From positions 146,123-210,122 of the forward strand of contig DAOTRE010000004.1 of assembly GCA_030036605.1 (NCBI GenBank): 64,000 nt of DNA, in the 5' to 3' direction. Each line of letters opens with the position of its first letter. Position 1 is the stretch's first letter. Position numbers and translations under genes: made by a program. The notes under the pieces were generated by a model. It was not told the origin of the DNA. It worked only from the letters and a program-made list of their open reading frames with translations, and did no database searches. Shown here piece after piece: positions 48,050 through 57,222 of this stretch. The DNA is from Candidatus Megaera endosymbiont of Nemacystus decipiens (GTDB taxonomy: Bacteria > Pseudomonadota > Alphaproteobacteria > Rickettsiales > Rickettsiaceae).

Positions 48050-49270
48050 CTATTTTATTCCAGCCACGATTTTTGTTTGAGGAGTAGAAAAAATTTTGCT
48101 AGCTACTTTTCGTAAATCTTCCGTAGAAGTTGCATGGATTGATGATATTACTTCTTCACTTGAATAGTATTTTTTTAGCAAAGAGAATGTTTTCCCAATT
48201 TCTTCTGACTTATATTCAGGTTTTTCATCAGCCATATAAATATTTGATTCAACCAAGGATTTTGCCCTGTCTAGTTCATTATCAGAAATAAATTCTTGCA
48301 ATTTTACTATCTCATTTTCTATATTAGCAACCAATTCTTTAGCTTTAGCGTGCTCACAAGATGCGCTAATTCCAAATATTCCGCTATCTCTGAATGAATT
48401 CTGCCAAGTGCCAACACTATAGGCCAAGCCTAATTCTTCTCTGATTTTTTGGAATAGGCGAGAAGACAAACCACCACCAAAAATAATTGATAAAATCTGA
48501 GCATGATAAAATTCTTGTACATCGGTGTAAGCAGGGGACTCAAAACCCATAATCACTGTAGTTTGTTCCAGTTTTTTTTCTATAAAATATTCTCCTCCGT
48601 TATAGTTTGCCAGGCCATAAGTTGTTTTTATTTGTGATTTTTTTAAAGAAGAAAATAGCTTTTCGATTATTTCTAGTGCTGTGTCATGGTTTATTTTGCC
48701 TGCAATAGATATGACTATGTTATCAGTGGAGTAGTGTTCGTTAATATAATTTTGAAAATCAGCCGTGTTAAAATTTTTGATAGTTTCATAAGTTCCAAGT
48801 ATTGATCTGCCGAGCGGTTGGCTAGGATAGGCAATTTCAAATAATTTTTCGCTAACTAAATCATCAGGGTTGTCTTGTACTTCAGCAATTTCTTGTACTA
48901 TTACGTCTAATTCTTTTTTGACTTCACTTGCCTCAAAAATAGAGTTTTGTAGTATATCAGATAGTATTTCAATGCTATTGTAGAAATGTTGGTGTAGTAC
49001 TTTCGAAAAATAGACGGTATTTTCTCTACTGGTATAGGCATTAAAATAACCACCAATTTCATCAAATTCCTTTGCAATTTGAAGCGCAGTACGTTTTTTT
49101 GTTCCCTTAAATGCCATATGCTCCAGAAAATGTGAGATGCCTTGGGTTTTGGCTGTTTCATACCTGCTTCCAACATTTACCACAATATTAATCGATACAG
49201 AATTAACATGTGGCATGTTGTATGTGACTAGATTTATGCCGTTTGATGTTATGCTATGGTTAAAGGTCAT
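48050..49270 (-). CDS. M16 family zinc peptidase (rickettsial MPP-like / pitrilysin family)
   Basis: VGSRYE...GISHFLEHMAFKGT (HxxEH), NAYTSRE, GGGLSSRLFQKIREELGLAYSV. Confidence 0.95.
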   Translation of the reverse strand: MTFNHSITSNGINLVTYNMPHVNSVSINIVVNVGSRYETAKTQGISHFLEHMAFKGTKKRTALQIAKEFDEIGGYFNAYTSRENTVYFSKVLHQHFYNSIEILSDILQNSIFEASEVKKELDVIVQEIAEVQDNPDDLVSEKLFEIAYPSQPLGRSILGTYETIKNFNTADFQNYINEHYSTDNIVISIAGKINHDTALEIIEKLFSSLKKSQIKTTYGLANYNGGEYFIEKKLEQTTVIMGFESPAYTDVQEFYHAQILSIIFGGGLSSRLFQKIREELGLAYSVGTWQNSFRDSGIFGISASCEHAKAKELVANIENEIVKLQEFISDNELDRAKSLVESNIYMADEKPEYKSEEIGKTFSLLKKYYSSEEVISSIHATSTEDLRKVASKIFSTPQTKIVAGIK

Positions 49271-50297
49271 ATTCTTCTATAGTTTTTATTGTTTCTGATA
49301 ATCGCAGAGAAACAACCGATTCTTCATATCGTTCCTGTAGTTTGGTATATGCATTGCAACTTAGATAGTTTGCTAAACCTTTTTCTTTACAAATTATTTC
49401 GATATTATTTGCTATTTCTTCAGGAGAGTTAATGGGAACTAATAACCCATCTTTTTTATGCTCAATAATTTCTTGAGGACCACCAGACATAGTAGCAATA
49501 ACTGGCTTTGAATAAGACATTGCTTCAAGTACAACGATACCAAAGGCCTCCTTATGAGAAGGTAGGCAAAAAATATCTATTTTATTAAAGAAAACGTCTT
49601 TATCATACACCCAGCCACAAAATTCTACCTCATCTTGAAGACGTAAAATTTTAACTTGTCTTAGAAGACTATTTTTATTTTTTCCTCTGCCACCTATCAA
49701 GAGCGATATATTAAAACCTCTGCTTTTTAAAATAGCAGTAGCTTGAATTAAATCAGAAAAACCTTTAGTTTCAATTAATCTGCCAATTCCTCCAACAACA
49801 ACTTGTTTGCTTTTTTCCATAGGGAAATGAAAGCTTTGCTTATATGGTTTCGTGAGTTTTATAATGTTAGAAAACATATGTATTCTTGATTCTTGGAACC
49901 CGTTTTTTATTAGGTGGGAACGTAATTGTGAAGTTAAAGCTAAAATATGATCACATTTTTTAAGGTGTTTATAGCTGTAATTATGTGTCACACCTAGCAG
50001 TTTTGTACCAAAAAATTTTAGCAATGTTGCAAATATAATTGATCTATTCCCATGGCAAATTACCATGTTTGGTCTGTGGTATATAAATAGAACTAAAAGA
50101 TGAATTTTGGATATAAAACACCAATTGCCCAAATTTAATAATCTGTGGTTAGGGGTAAAAGATTTATTTATAGATGAAGCTAGACTAGAAATATTAATAG
50201 CATCATGCTTTTCTCTAAATAGGGATCTGGCAAAGTCAACATATGCTTGTTGTATACCGCCAAGATCCCTTGACATCATCAAGTTAAATATTTTCAT
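49260..50297 (-). CDS. Glycosyltransferase family 4 (GT-B, CapM-like)
   Basis: GGIQQA, GIGRLIETKGF, and the PSHKEAFGIVVLEAMSYSKPVI ExxxxxxxE motif. Confidence 0.9.
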   Translation of the reverse strand: MKIFNLMMSRDLGGIQQAYVDFARSLFREKHDAINISSLASSINKSFTPNHRLLNLGNWCFISKIHLLVLFIYHRPNMVICHGNRSIIFATLLKFFGTKLLGVTHNYSYKHLKKCDHILALTSQLRSHLIKNGFQESRIHMFSNIIKLTKPYKQSFHFPMEKSKQVVVGGIGRLIETKGFSDLIQATAILKSRGFNISLLIGGRGKNKNSLLRQVKILRLQDEVEFCGWVYDKDVFFNKIDIFCLPSHKEAFGIVVLEAMSYSKPVIATMSGGPQEIIEHKKDGLLVPINSPEEIANNIEIICKEKGLANYLSCNAYTKLQERYEESVVSLRLSETIKTIEEYDL

Positions 50298-50361
50298 ATT
50301 GTTTCTATTTTTTCTTTAGGAATTGGATAGCCTTGATACAATGCATCTATTTTTAATTTCT

Positions 50362-51648
50362 TCATTTTTTATTTGCAGTAATAGATAAATCATGCAAATT
50401 AGAGGTAGGAGTCAAGGCTTCTTTTAGTTGGTTGAATTGAATTCTTTTTTCTTCTTTGCTGTCAAGATTACGCAGTGTATAATATTTTGCAGAAATTTCC
50501 GATTCTCCTAAAAATATTATATATTGTGCGTTATTAGAGATTGCATTTTGCATGCGTTTCGCAAGTTTGCCTTCAAATTCTAGACAAGTGGCTATATTAT
50601 TTTTTCTTAAGTAGTCTGCTAATTTTATCGCTGGTAATATTGCTGTTTCTTCTGTTGTCAATATATAAACATTACGCATCTTTTGTATCTGAAATTCACG
50701 CATTAGCATAATCCTCTCATAACCAGCAGCAAAACCTATAGCCGGTATTTCTGATCTCGCTCCCATCATTTGAGCAAGCAAATCATAACGACCTCCAGCA
50801 AGGACGGTGCTTTGTGCTCCGAGTTTTGTAGTGGTGTACTCAAATACTGTTCCTAAATAATAGTCTAGCCCTCGCACTAGCTTTGTATTTTCTGTGTATG
50901 TGATATTAAGTGCAGTTAATATGTCCTTCACTTTTTCAAAATATTGCGCAGACTCTTTCGTATAGAATTTATCTAATTCAGGAGCGTCTCTTGCAATTTC
51001 AATATCACTTTTATCTTTTGAGTCAAGTATTCTTAGAGGGTTTTTTTCAAGTCTTTTCTGACTATCTTCAGATAAATCATTGAGGTATTTTTTAAAATAC
51101 TCTACCAGAGCAGATTGGTATTTCTCTCTAGATTCACTACAACCAAGTGAGTTTAACTCTAAAGAGAGGTCATTTGCAATACCAAGCTTTTGGAGTAAGT
51201 GAAAAGAGCAAGATATCATTTCAGCATCAACAGAAGGACCTTTTTTGCCAATATGTTCAAAATTAAGTTGATAAAATTGTCTTTGCCTTCCTTCTTGTGG
51301 CCTGTCATATCGAAACAATGGTCCAGTGGAAAACAGCTTTAACGGCAGTTTTTGTTGTAAGTTATTAGATAATACGGCGCGCATAACGCTTGCAGTAAAC
51401 TCAGGCCTCAGTGCAATTGTTCTTCCTTTCTTATCCTGAAAACTATATATTTCTTTGCTTATAACATCTGATGATTTTCCCAATGTGCGATCAAAAACAT
51501 TTATAGATTCTAGGATAGGTGTTTGTATTCCCTGGAAACCATAAGTTTTTGATAAAGTGAACGCTGTATCTTCTACGAATTTAAATATTTCATATTCGTC
51601 AAAACATATATCTTTCATACCACGCAGTGGTGTCAAAGAGCTTTTCAT
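50362..51648 (-). CDS. hisS: Histidine--tRNA ligase
   Basis: RGMKD, ALRPEFTAS, FRYDRPQEGRQRQFYQ, LVRGLDYY, AGGRYD, GFAAGYER. Confidence 0.98.
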   Translation of the reverse strand: MKSSLTPLRGMKDICFDEYEIFKFVEDTAFTLSKTYGFQGIQTPILESINVFDRTLGKSSDVISKEIYSFQDKKGRTIALRPEFTASVMRAVLSNNLQQKLPLKLFSTGPLFRYDRPQEGRQRQFYQLNFEHIGKKGPSVDAEMISCSFHLLQKLGIANDLSLELNSLGCSESREKYQSALVEYFKKYLNDLSEDSQKRLEKNPLRILDSKDKSDIEIARDAPELDKFYTKESAQYFEKVKDILTALNITYTENTKLVRGLDYYLGTVFEYTTTKLGAQSTVLAGGRYDLLAQMMGARSEIPAIGFAAGYERIMLMREFQIQKMRNVYILTTEETAILPAIKLADYLRKNNIATCLEFEGKLAKRMQNAISNNAQYIIFLGESEISAKYYTLRNLDSKEEKRIQFNQLKEALTPTSNLHDLSITANKK

Positions 51649-51664
51649 ATAATTATAGTTTTAT

Positions 51665-52972
51665 CTAATTAAATTCAATGTGTTTTCTTAGCTTCAAAAT
51701 ACCACATATATTGAATAGCACAAGTATTCCACTAAGCAATCCCATAATAATCATGACATTAGTTTGTGAAAAATTACAAAAGAATACAAAAGCAAAAATG
51801 GCATATAATAAATATATTGTTTTGCCATATTTACTATTAATAAATCTTGCGCATTTCACGCCAGCAGCTAAATAAGCAATAATAGTGGTATAACCTGCAA
51901 AAAAGAGGAGCAGAGTCATAAAAATATCGCTATATGGTATGTAATCAGAGAGTAAAGCTGCTACGACATCTGAAGGGGCAAGGTTATTTAATGTATACCA
52001 AGCTCCTGTCACTCCTATCATTACATTGGTCAGAACGCAAATTAAGCTGTCAGTAAATAATGCATATATAGATAATGTAGCCTGCATTTTTGGATCAGCT
52101 ATTCTGGTTTCACTTTGCATTATAGAATCATAACCAATACCAATATCCCCCGAATAAACAGTTTTTGAGATACCAAGATAAGCTGCTAAAATCATACTGC
52201 TTCCAACAAAACCTCCTATTGGAGCATGGCCACTAAATGCAGAAATCAATACCGTTTTACAAAAACTTGGTAATAATGAATAGTTGCAAGCAATAATATA
52301 TATTGCAAATATTACATATCCAATCATAAAGATTGGCATGATTGTTGAGCATATATTAGCAAGCCTTTTAATGCCACCAATAGATGAGTAAAGCACTACA
52401 ACCAAAAAGCAAAATATGATTATATTACGGTTAAACTCAAAGCTATGCTCTATACGGTCAACAATAATTAAAAAATTAGATACTTCTACGCCGTATAAAC
52501 AAAGAAATAATGCGAATAAGTACGCAGGAATTTTTGACTTAAAAGCAGCTTGTAAAAAATACATTGGTCCGCCATCGAATCCTCCGTTATTATTTTTTAC
52601 ACGATATTTCATGCCTAGGTAGATTTCTGAATATTTCAAAAGCATTCCACTAAAAGAAGCAAGAATAGTCCAAAAAATACTTCCAGGACCTCCAATCATA
52701 ACAGCGGTGCTAATAAATACTATATTACCGAGGCCTACCATTCCCCCAACAGATGCAAAATAGAGTTTAAAAGGATGTATCCCTTTATAAGATTTATCAT
52801 TTGCCTGGAGATAAATTTTAAATATATTGCTTTTAAAATTAAGCAAAGCTCTAAATTGAAGGCCTTTTGAAGTATAGGTGAGATAAAATCCTGAGGTAAC
52901 TATCAAACCCCAGCCAATATAACTCCAAAAGAAACCTTCCAAGAAGGTAAAATAAGCAAATATCGTTTCCAT
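51665..52972 (-). CDS. Alanine/glycine:cation symporter (AGCS) family transporter
   Basis: VGGMVGLGNIV, GGPGSIFW, FDGGPMYFL, SIGGIKRLA; multi-TM. Confidence 0.88.
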   Translation of the reverse strand: METIFAYFTFLEGFFWSYIGWGLIVTSGFYLTYTSKGLQFRALLNFKSNIFKIYLQANDKSYKGIHPFKLYFASVGGMVGLGNIVFISTAVMIGGPGSIFWTILASFSGMLLKYSEIYLGMKYRVKNNNGGFDGGPMYFLQAAFKSKIPAYLFALFLCLYGVEVSNFLIIVDRIEHSFEFNRNIIIFCFLVVVLYSSIGGIKRLANICSTIMPIFMIGYVIFAIYIIACNYSLLPSFCKTVLISAFSGHAPIGGFVGSSMILAAYLGISKTVYSGDIGIGYDSIMQSETRIADPKMQATLSIYALFTDSLICVLTNVMIGVTGAWYTLNNLAPSDVVAALLSDYIPYSDIFMTLLLFFAGYTTIIAYLAAGVKCARFINSKYGKTIYLLYAIFAFVFFCNFSQTNVMIIMGLLSGILVLFNICGILKLRKHIEFN

Positions 52973-52989
52973 GATGCTAGATTATATTT

Positions 52990-54393
52990 TTATGTCCTAT
53001 TTTTAGTCAAAAACTTATAACCAAGATGTAGCAGATAGAGAGAAAATGCAGTAACAAGCCAGCATATATATATCTTACCAGTTTGCAGCAAATGCCCATT
53101 AGCGTCAACTATTTGCTTACTAAGCAGGTAGAACGATGCTGCAAGCGCTACGGGTGCAACAATATATATCGCAGGACATTTAAATGGCCTTCTAACATTC
53201 GGCTCATATAAACGAAAGAAAATAGCCACCAAACCAACCATGATATAATCAGTTAATGCTCCCATACTAGAGAGCTGAGCCAATGTACTAAATGATACAA
53301 GAGAGCCTGATAGTGCTACGATTATTGTAAAGCAAATAATAGATACATACGGACTGTCATATTTTGGGTGAACTTTGGATAAAAATTTAGGTAATAATCC
53401 ATCTCGTGCAATTACGTAAAATATACGTGATTGTCCATAGATATTTACCATAATTACCGTAGTCATGCCAGCGATGCCCCCGACAGCAACTAAAATCGAT
53501 CCAATATTACTACCATTTTTCTTCAAAGCATAGGCTAAAGGTTGGGCGTTGTTTAGTTCATGAAAAGGCGCAATTCCTGTTAGAGCCGCTGCTACTAACA
53601 TATAAACCAAAGTAGCAAGTACTAAAGATCCAATAATACCTATTGTTAAATCTCTTTCCGGGTTTTTGCATTCTTCAGCAGTGCTCGCTAACACTCCAAA
53701 GCCTGTAAAAGCAAAGAATAATATAGAGGAGCCATAAACAACATCATCAAATCCTTTTGGCATAAAATTTTCCCAATTATTTATATCAAAATGTGGTGCT
53801 GCAAAAACTACAAACAATAATATTGCCGCCATTTTTACGACTACTAATATGTTATTTAAAACCTTGCTCTCCTTAGTTCCAAGGTAAAGCATTCCACCAA
53901 TAGAAATTACAACCAAAAATGCAGGAAGATCTATAGTTCCACCATTCCCTGGGCAATTACATAATTGAGCAGGAAGAGAATACCCAGCCGATTCAAGCAA
54001 GCCCTGTACGTAAGCAGACCAACCACCAGCAACTGCAGCTGCGCCAAACCCCATCTCAACAATTAACATACTACTTATGAGCCATGCGAAAACTTCTCCA
54101 AAGGCAATATATGAATATGTATATACGCTTCCAGAAGTAGGTATCATTGAGGCAAGCTCGGTGTAGACAAGTGCAATAAATATACAAGTCAGTCCTGCAA
54201 TTGCATAAGATATACTAACAGCTGGACCTGAATATTCAGCGGCGATTACACCTGTTAAAGTAAATACACCTGTACCAACTATTGCACCCAGTCCAAGCAA
54301 TATTAGGTCCATTAAGGTCAATGTTTTTGCTAAACCACTGATTTTTCCAATATCCAGAACTGATTGTAAGGATTTTCTTCTAAAAAAACTCAT
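52990..54393 (-). CDS. APC-family amino acid permease (cationic amino acid transporter-like)
   Basis: GLGAIVGTGVF, GPAVSISY, PTSGSVYTYSY, FFAFTGF, EECKNPERD, ARDGLLP. Confidence 0.93.
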   Translation of the reverse strand: MSFFRRKSLQSVLDIGKISGLAKTLTLMDLILLGLGAIVGTGVFTLTGVIAAEYSGPAVSISYAIAGLTCIFIALVYTELASMIPTSGSVYTYSYIAFGEVFAWLISSMLIVEMGFGAAAVAGGWSAYVQGLLESAGYSLPAQLCNCPGNGGTIDLPAFLVVISIGGMLYLGTKESKVLNNILVVVKMAAILLFVVFAAPHFDINNWENFMPKGFDDVVYGSSILFFAFTGFGVLASTAEECKNPERDLTIGIIGSLVLATLVYMLVAAALTGIAPFHELNNAQPLAYALKKNGSNIGSILVAVGGIAGMTTVIMVNIYGQSRIFYVIARDGLLPKFLSKVHPKYDSPYVSIICFTIIVALSGSLVSFSTLAQLSSMGALTDYIMVGLVAIFFRLYEPNVRRPFKCPAIYIVAPVALAASFYLLSKQIVDANGHLLQTGKIYICWLVTAFSLYLLHLGYKFLTKNRT

Positions 54394-54420
54394 TAATTTT
54401 CACCTATTAGTTAATTATAT

Positions 54421-55503
54421 TTATTCAATTTCTTTTGTTATCCAGCCGCCACCTAATAAGCGCTGACCATCATAAAAAACACACGCTTGACCTGGGGTAA
54501 TGGCTGTTTCTTTTTCCAGTAAACGTACAATAAATTTATTCTCATGAATTGATAATTTTGCTCGCACCCCAGGTGTAGTAGATCTAATTTTCACAGAAAC
54601 TTCTGCATCGCAATAGTCAATATCACTAGCTATCCAGTTAACGTCTCTTAGTGTAAATTTTGTTTTTACTAAGCAAGATTCCGGACCAACATAAACTGTA
54701 TTTTGTTCTGAGTCAATTTTTATTACATATAGCGGTTTTCCAAAAGCAATATTTAAACCTTTGCGTTGTCCTACGGTATAATTGATGATTCCTTTGTGTT
54801 CTCCAAGTTCGTAGCCGTCTACATGCATAAATTTGCCAGGACGGTTAGATTGAGGGCGCATTTTGGTGATAATATCGCGATAATTGCCGTTTGGAACAAA
54901 ACATATGTCTTGGCTATCTGGCTTTTGAGCTACGTCTAGGTCGTATTTTAAAGCCAGCTGACGAGTTTCTTCTTTCGTTTGAGCTCCAAGCGGAAACATT
55001 AGAAAATCTAATTGCTCATTAGTTGTAGAAAATAAAAAATAGCTTTGATCTTTCTCAATGTCCGCTCCTTTGTGTAGTTCTGATTTTCCATTTTTTAGAA
55101 TTTTTTGTACATAATGACCTGTTGCAAGCGCGTCTGCATTAAGGTCTTTTGCTGCTTTTAGCAGATCCTTAAACTTGACGGATTGATTGCATTTTACGCA
55201 TGGAAGAGGAGTTTCTCCATTAAGATAACTATCAGCAAAATCATCTATCACTTCTTGCCTGAAACGATTTTCATAATCAAAAACATAATGTGGAATACCA
55301 AGCTTGTCAGCAACCATTTTGGCATCATAAATATCTTGACCCGCGCAGCATGCTCCTTTTTTCTGTAGTGCCATCCCATGATCATACAGCTGCAAAGTAA
55401 TGCCGATTACGTTATGTCCTTGATGAGAAAGCATTGCAGCAACAACGGAGCTATCCACTCCGCCCGACATAGCAACCACTATAGTTTTCTTTTTAAAATT
55501 CAT
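54421..55503 (-). CDS. mnmA: tRNA-specific 2-thiouridylase
   Basis: VAMSGGVDSSV, PCVKCN, ATGHY, KDQSYFL, KPDSQDICF, TPGQACVFY. Start set to ATG 55503. Confidence 0.98.
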   Translation of the reverse strand: MNFKKKTIVVAMSGGVDSSVVAAMLSHQGHNVIGITLQLYDHGMALQKKGACCAGQDIYDAKMVADKLGIPHYVFDYENRFRQEVIDDFADSYLNGETPLPCVKCNQSVKFKDLLKAAKDLNADALATGHYVQKILKNGKSELHKGADIEKDQSYFLFSTTNEQLDFLMFPLGAQTKEETRQLALKYDLDVAQKPDSQDICFVPNGNYRDIITKMRPQSNRPGKFMHVDGYELGEHKGIINYTVGQRKGLNIAFGKPLYVIKIDSEQNTVYVGPESCLVKTKFTLRDVNWIASDIDYCDAEVSVKIRSTTPGVRAKLSIHENKFIVRLLEKETAITPGQACVFYDGQRLLGGGWITKEIE

Positions 55504-55638
55504 TAAGACTTTTTTTAAAAACAAAGAGCCACATTCTACATCATAATCAACAATTAATCAAGCAAAAATCAACTTTCTCAAAAATCATACCTTTTGAATT
55601 TGTTTTAGCCATAAAAATTAAAATACATTAACTATTGA

Positions 55639-55667
55639 TTGACATAAGTATTAAAAAATGTTATGTA
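55639..55667 (+). promoter_or_regulatory. Possible sigma-70 promoter of the orphan at 55706
   Basis: Perfect TTGACA at 55639, 17-nt spacer ending TG-n, then TATGTA (imperfect -10, lacking the last T). Confidence 0.4.
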
Positions 55668-55705
55668 ATTTTGGCAATTATAATTAATAACAAAAATTAA
55701 CTTTT

Positions 55706-57055
55706 ATGAAAAATTTGTATAAAAATTCGTATTCTTTAACTAAGTTTTATCCCTTCGATGATGCAGGAACAGCTGCTAGAAAAAGCATGAATTTATGTGA
55801 TGAAATTATTGCAAAAGCATTTGACCTTAAGACAGGTCCTTTTGATTTAGTAAAACAAATTACGATACATAAGGATAATCCGGAAGCTTTAAAGAAAATT
55901 CGTAGTGATTACAAAGAAGAAATTTTCTTTTATACAAATATTGCTACCAATTTTAGAAAAATAGCAAATGACTTGTTTTGTGGAAGTAACTCATTTAGTG
56001 AAGAAGAAAAGCTTGCCACGGTTAATGAAATTCATTTAAATACTCTAGCTATTATTCCTGATGCATTACACGTAAAAAATAAAAATACAGATGATTTAAA
56101 AAAGCTATTAGAGATAGCCGAAGTGTTGTATAACAATCCATTTTTATCAAATGAAGTAAGGCAGATCATTTTCAATTTAGGAAAGAGTATTGCAAACAAA
56201 ATCGGTGAAAGTGAAATACAAGAAGAGCAGTATGAAGGACATGAAAAACCTCACGATGTAGCATTAACACCAAAAGGCTCTGAAATAGTAAAATACCTTA
56301 ATAGCTTACAGTTGAATGACCAAATGGTTGAGCAAGTGCTTTTAGAATTAGTAAGAGATTTTCAGCCAGGTGAAATTTATGAGGTGTTTTCGACTAGAAC
56401 AGAATTGAGAGGAAAATGGATTGATTTCGTTAGTTCTGCCGAATTGCCGGTGAGAGAGAAAAGGGCTCTTTATAAGCTTGTTGATGATCTTTTTGGTCAA
56501 GGAGAGAATATATTAAATTTAAAAGAAAATTATAAAGATATATTAGAAAGTGCCTCACCGATGCTAAATAATGTAAATTTTACTAATGATTTAGATAAAG
56601 CTAAGTTTCTGCATTTACTTTCTATAACAAATCATGAAACTCCTAAAGCTCAAGAGCTAACAAATGGTGAAATAAATTTTATTAATACTAAAATTAGTAA
56701 TTTATTAAATAGCAATTTGTTTTGTCTTTCTGATCAAAAAGGTTTGTCCCCTGAGTCAGAAATTGATTTGTATAAATTAATGGAAGATAGGGAGGCTTAT
56801 TTGGAAAAAGTGTCTTATGCACAAAATGCAGGCTTGTTGAGTCATTATTTTCCAGAAGATAGACAAGAAAGCTTAATTGTACCCGATGATTCCAATTTGG
56901 GAGAAACATTTAGACCAACTTGGGAAGCAGTATTATATAGTCAGATTAAAGGATTATCAGATTTTAACACAATAACCTATAGTATTCCTGGTGATATTTT
57001 TCCAGAGATTGTCAGTCCAGTAGGTTCCCTTGATATGATGCAGATAGAAAATTAG
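55706..57055 (+). CDS. Hypothetical protein (449 aa, acidic, helical; candidate effector)
   Basis: Long uninterrupted ORF with its own candidate promoter and terminator; no motif recognised. Confidence 0.75.
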   Translation: MKNLYKNSYSLTKFYPFDDAGTAARKSMNLCDEIIAKAFDLKTGPFDLVKQITIHKDNPEALKKIRSDYKEEIFFYTNIATNFRKIANDLFCGSNSFSEEEKLATVNEIHLNTLAIIPDALHVKNKNTDDLKKLLEIAEVLYNNPFLSNEVRQIIFNLGKSIANKIGESEIQEEQYEGHEKPHDVALTPKGSEIVKYLNSLQLNDQMVEQVLLELVRDFQPGEIYEVFSTRTELRGKWIDFVSSAELPVREKRALYKLVDDLFGQGENILNLKENYKDILESASPMLNNVNFTNDLDKAKFLHLLSITNHETPKAQELTNGEINFINTKISNLLNSNLFCLSDQKGLSPESEIDLYKLMEDREAYLEKVSYAQNAGLLSHYFPEDRQESLIVPDDSNLGETFRPTWEAVLYSQIKGLSDFNTITYSIPGDIFPEIVSPVGSLDMMQIEN

Positions 57056-57061
57056 GTTACC

Positions 57062-57096
57062 AAAACACTATCTGGAATGTTCATTTAGTGTTTTTT
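57062..57096 (+). terminator. Probable intrinsic terminator downstream of the 449-aa orphan
   Basis: AAAACACTA (57062-57070) pairs with TAGTGTTTT (57086-57094), followed by TT; AT-rich stem. Confidence 0.5.
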
Positions 57097-57109
57097 CTAA
57101 TTATTTTAA

Positions 57110-57157
57110 GTTCTGTTGAGATGGAAATTACTTAATTAATGTTTATGTCAACAGAAC
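57110..57157. repeat. 48-bp hairpin sharing termini with the 12014-12174 element
   Basis: GTTCTGTTGAGAT...TTATGTCAACAGAAC; the 15-mer TTATGTCAACAGAAC (57143-57157) is identical to 12158-12172. Confidence 0.7.
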
Positions 57158-57222
57158 GCAGCTTGATTATTGAGCAAAAATAATATAGAACTCCATTAGA
57201 GAAAATTATTAAATACCCCTTC

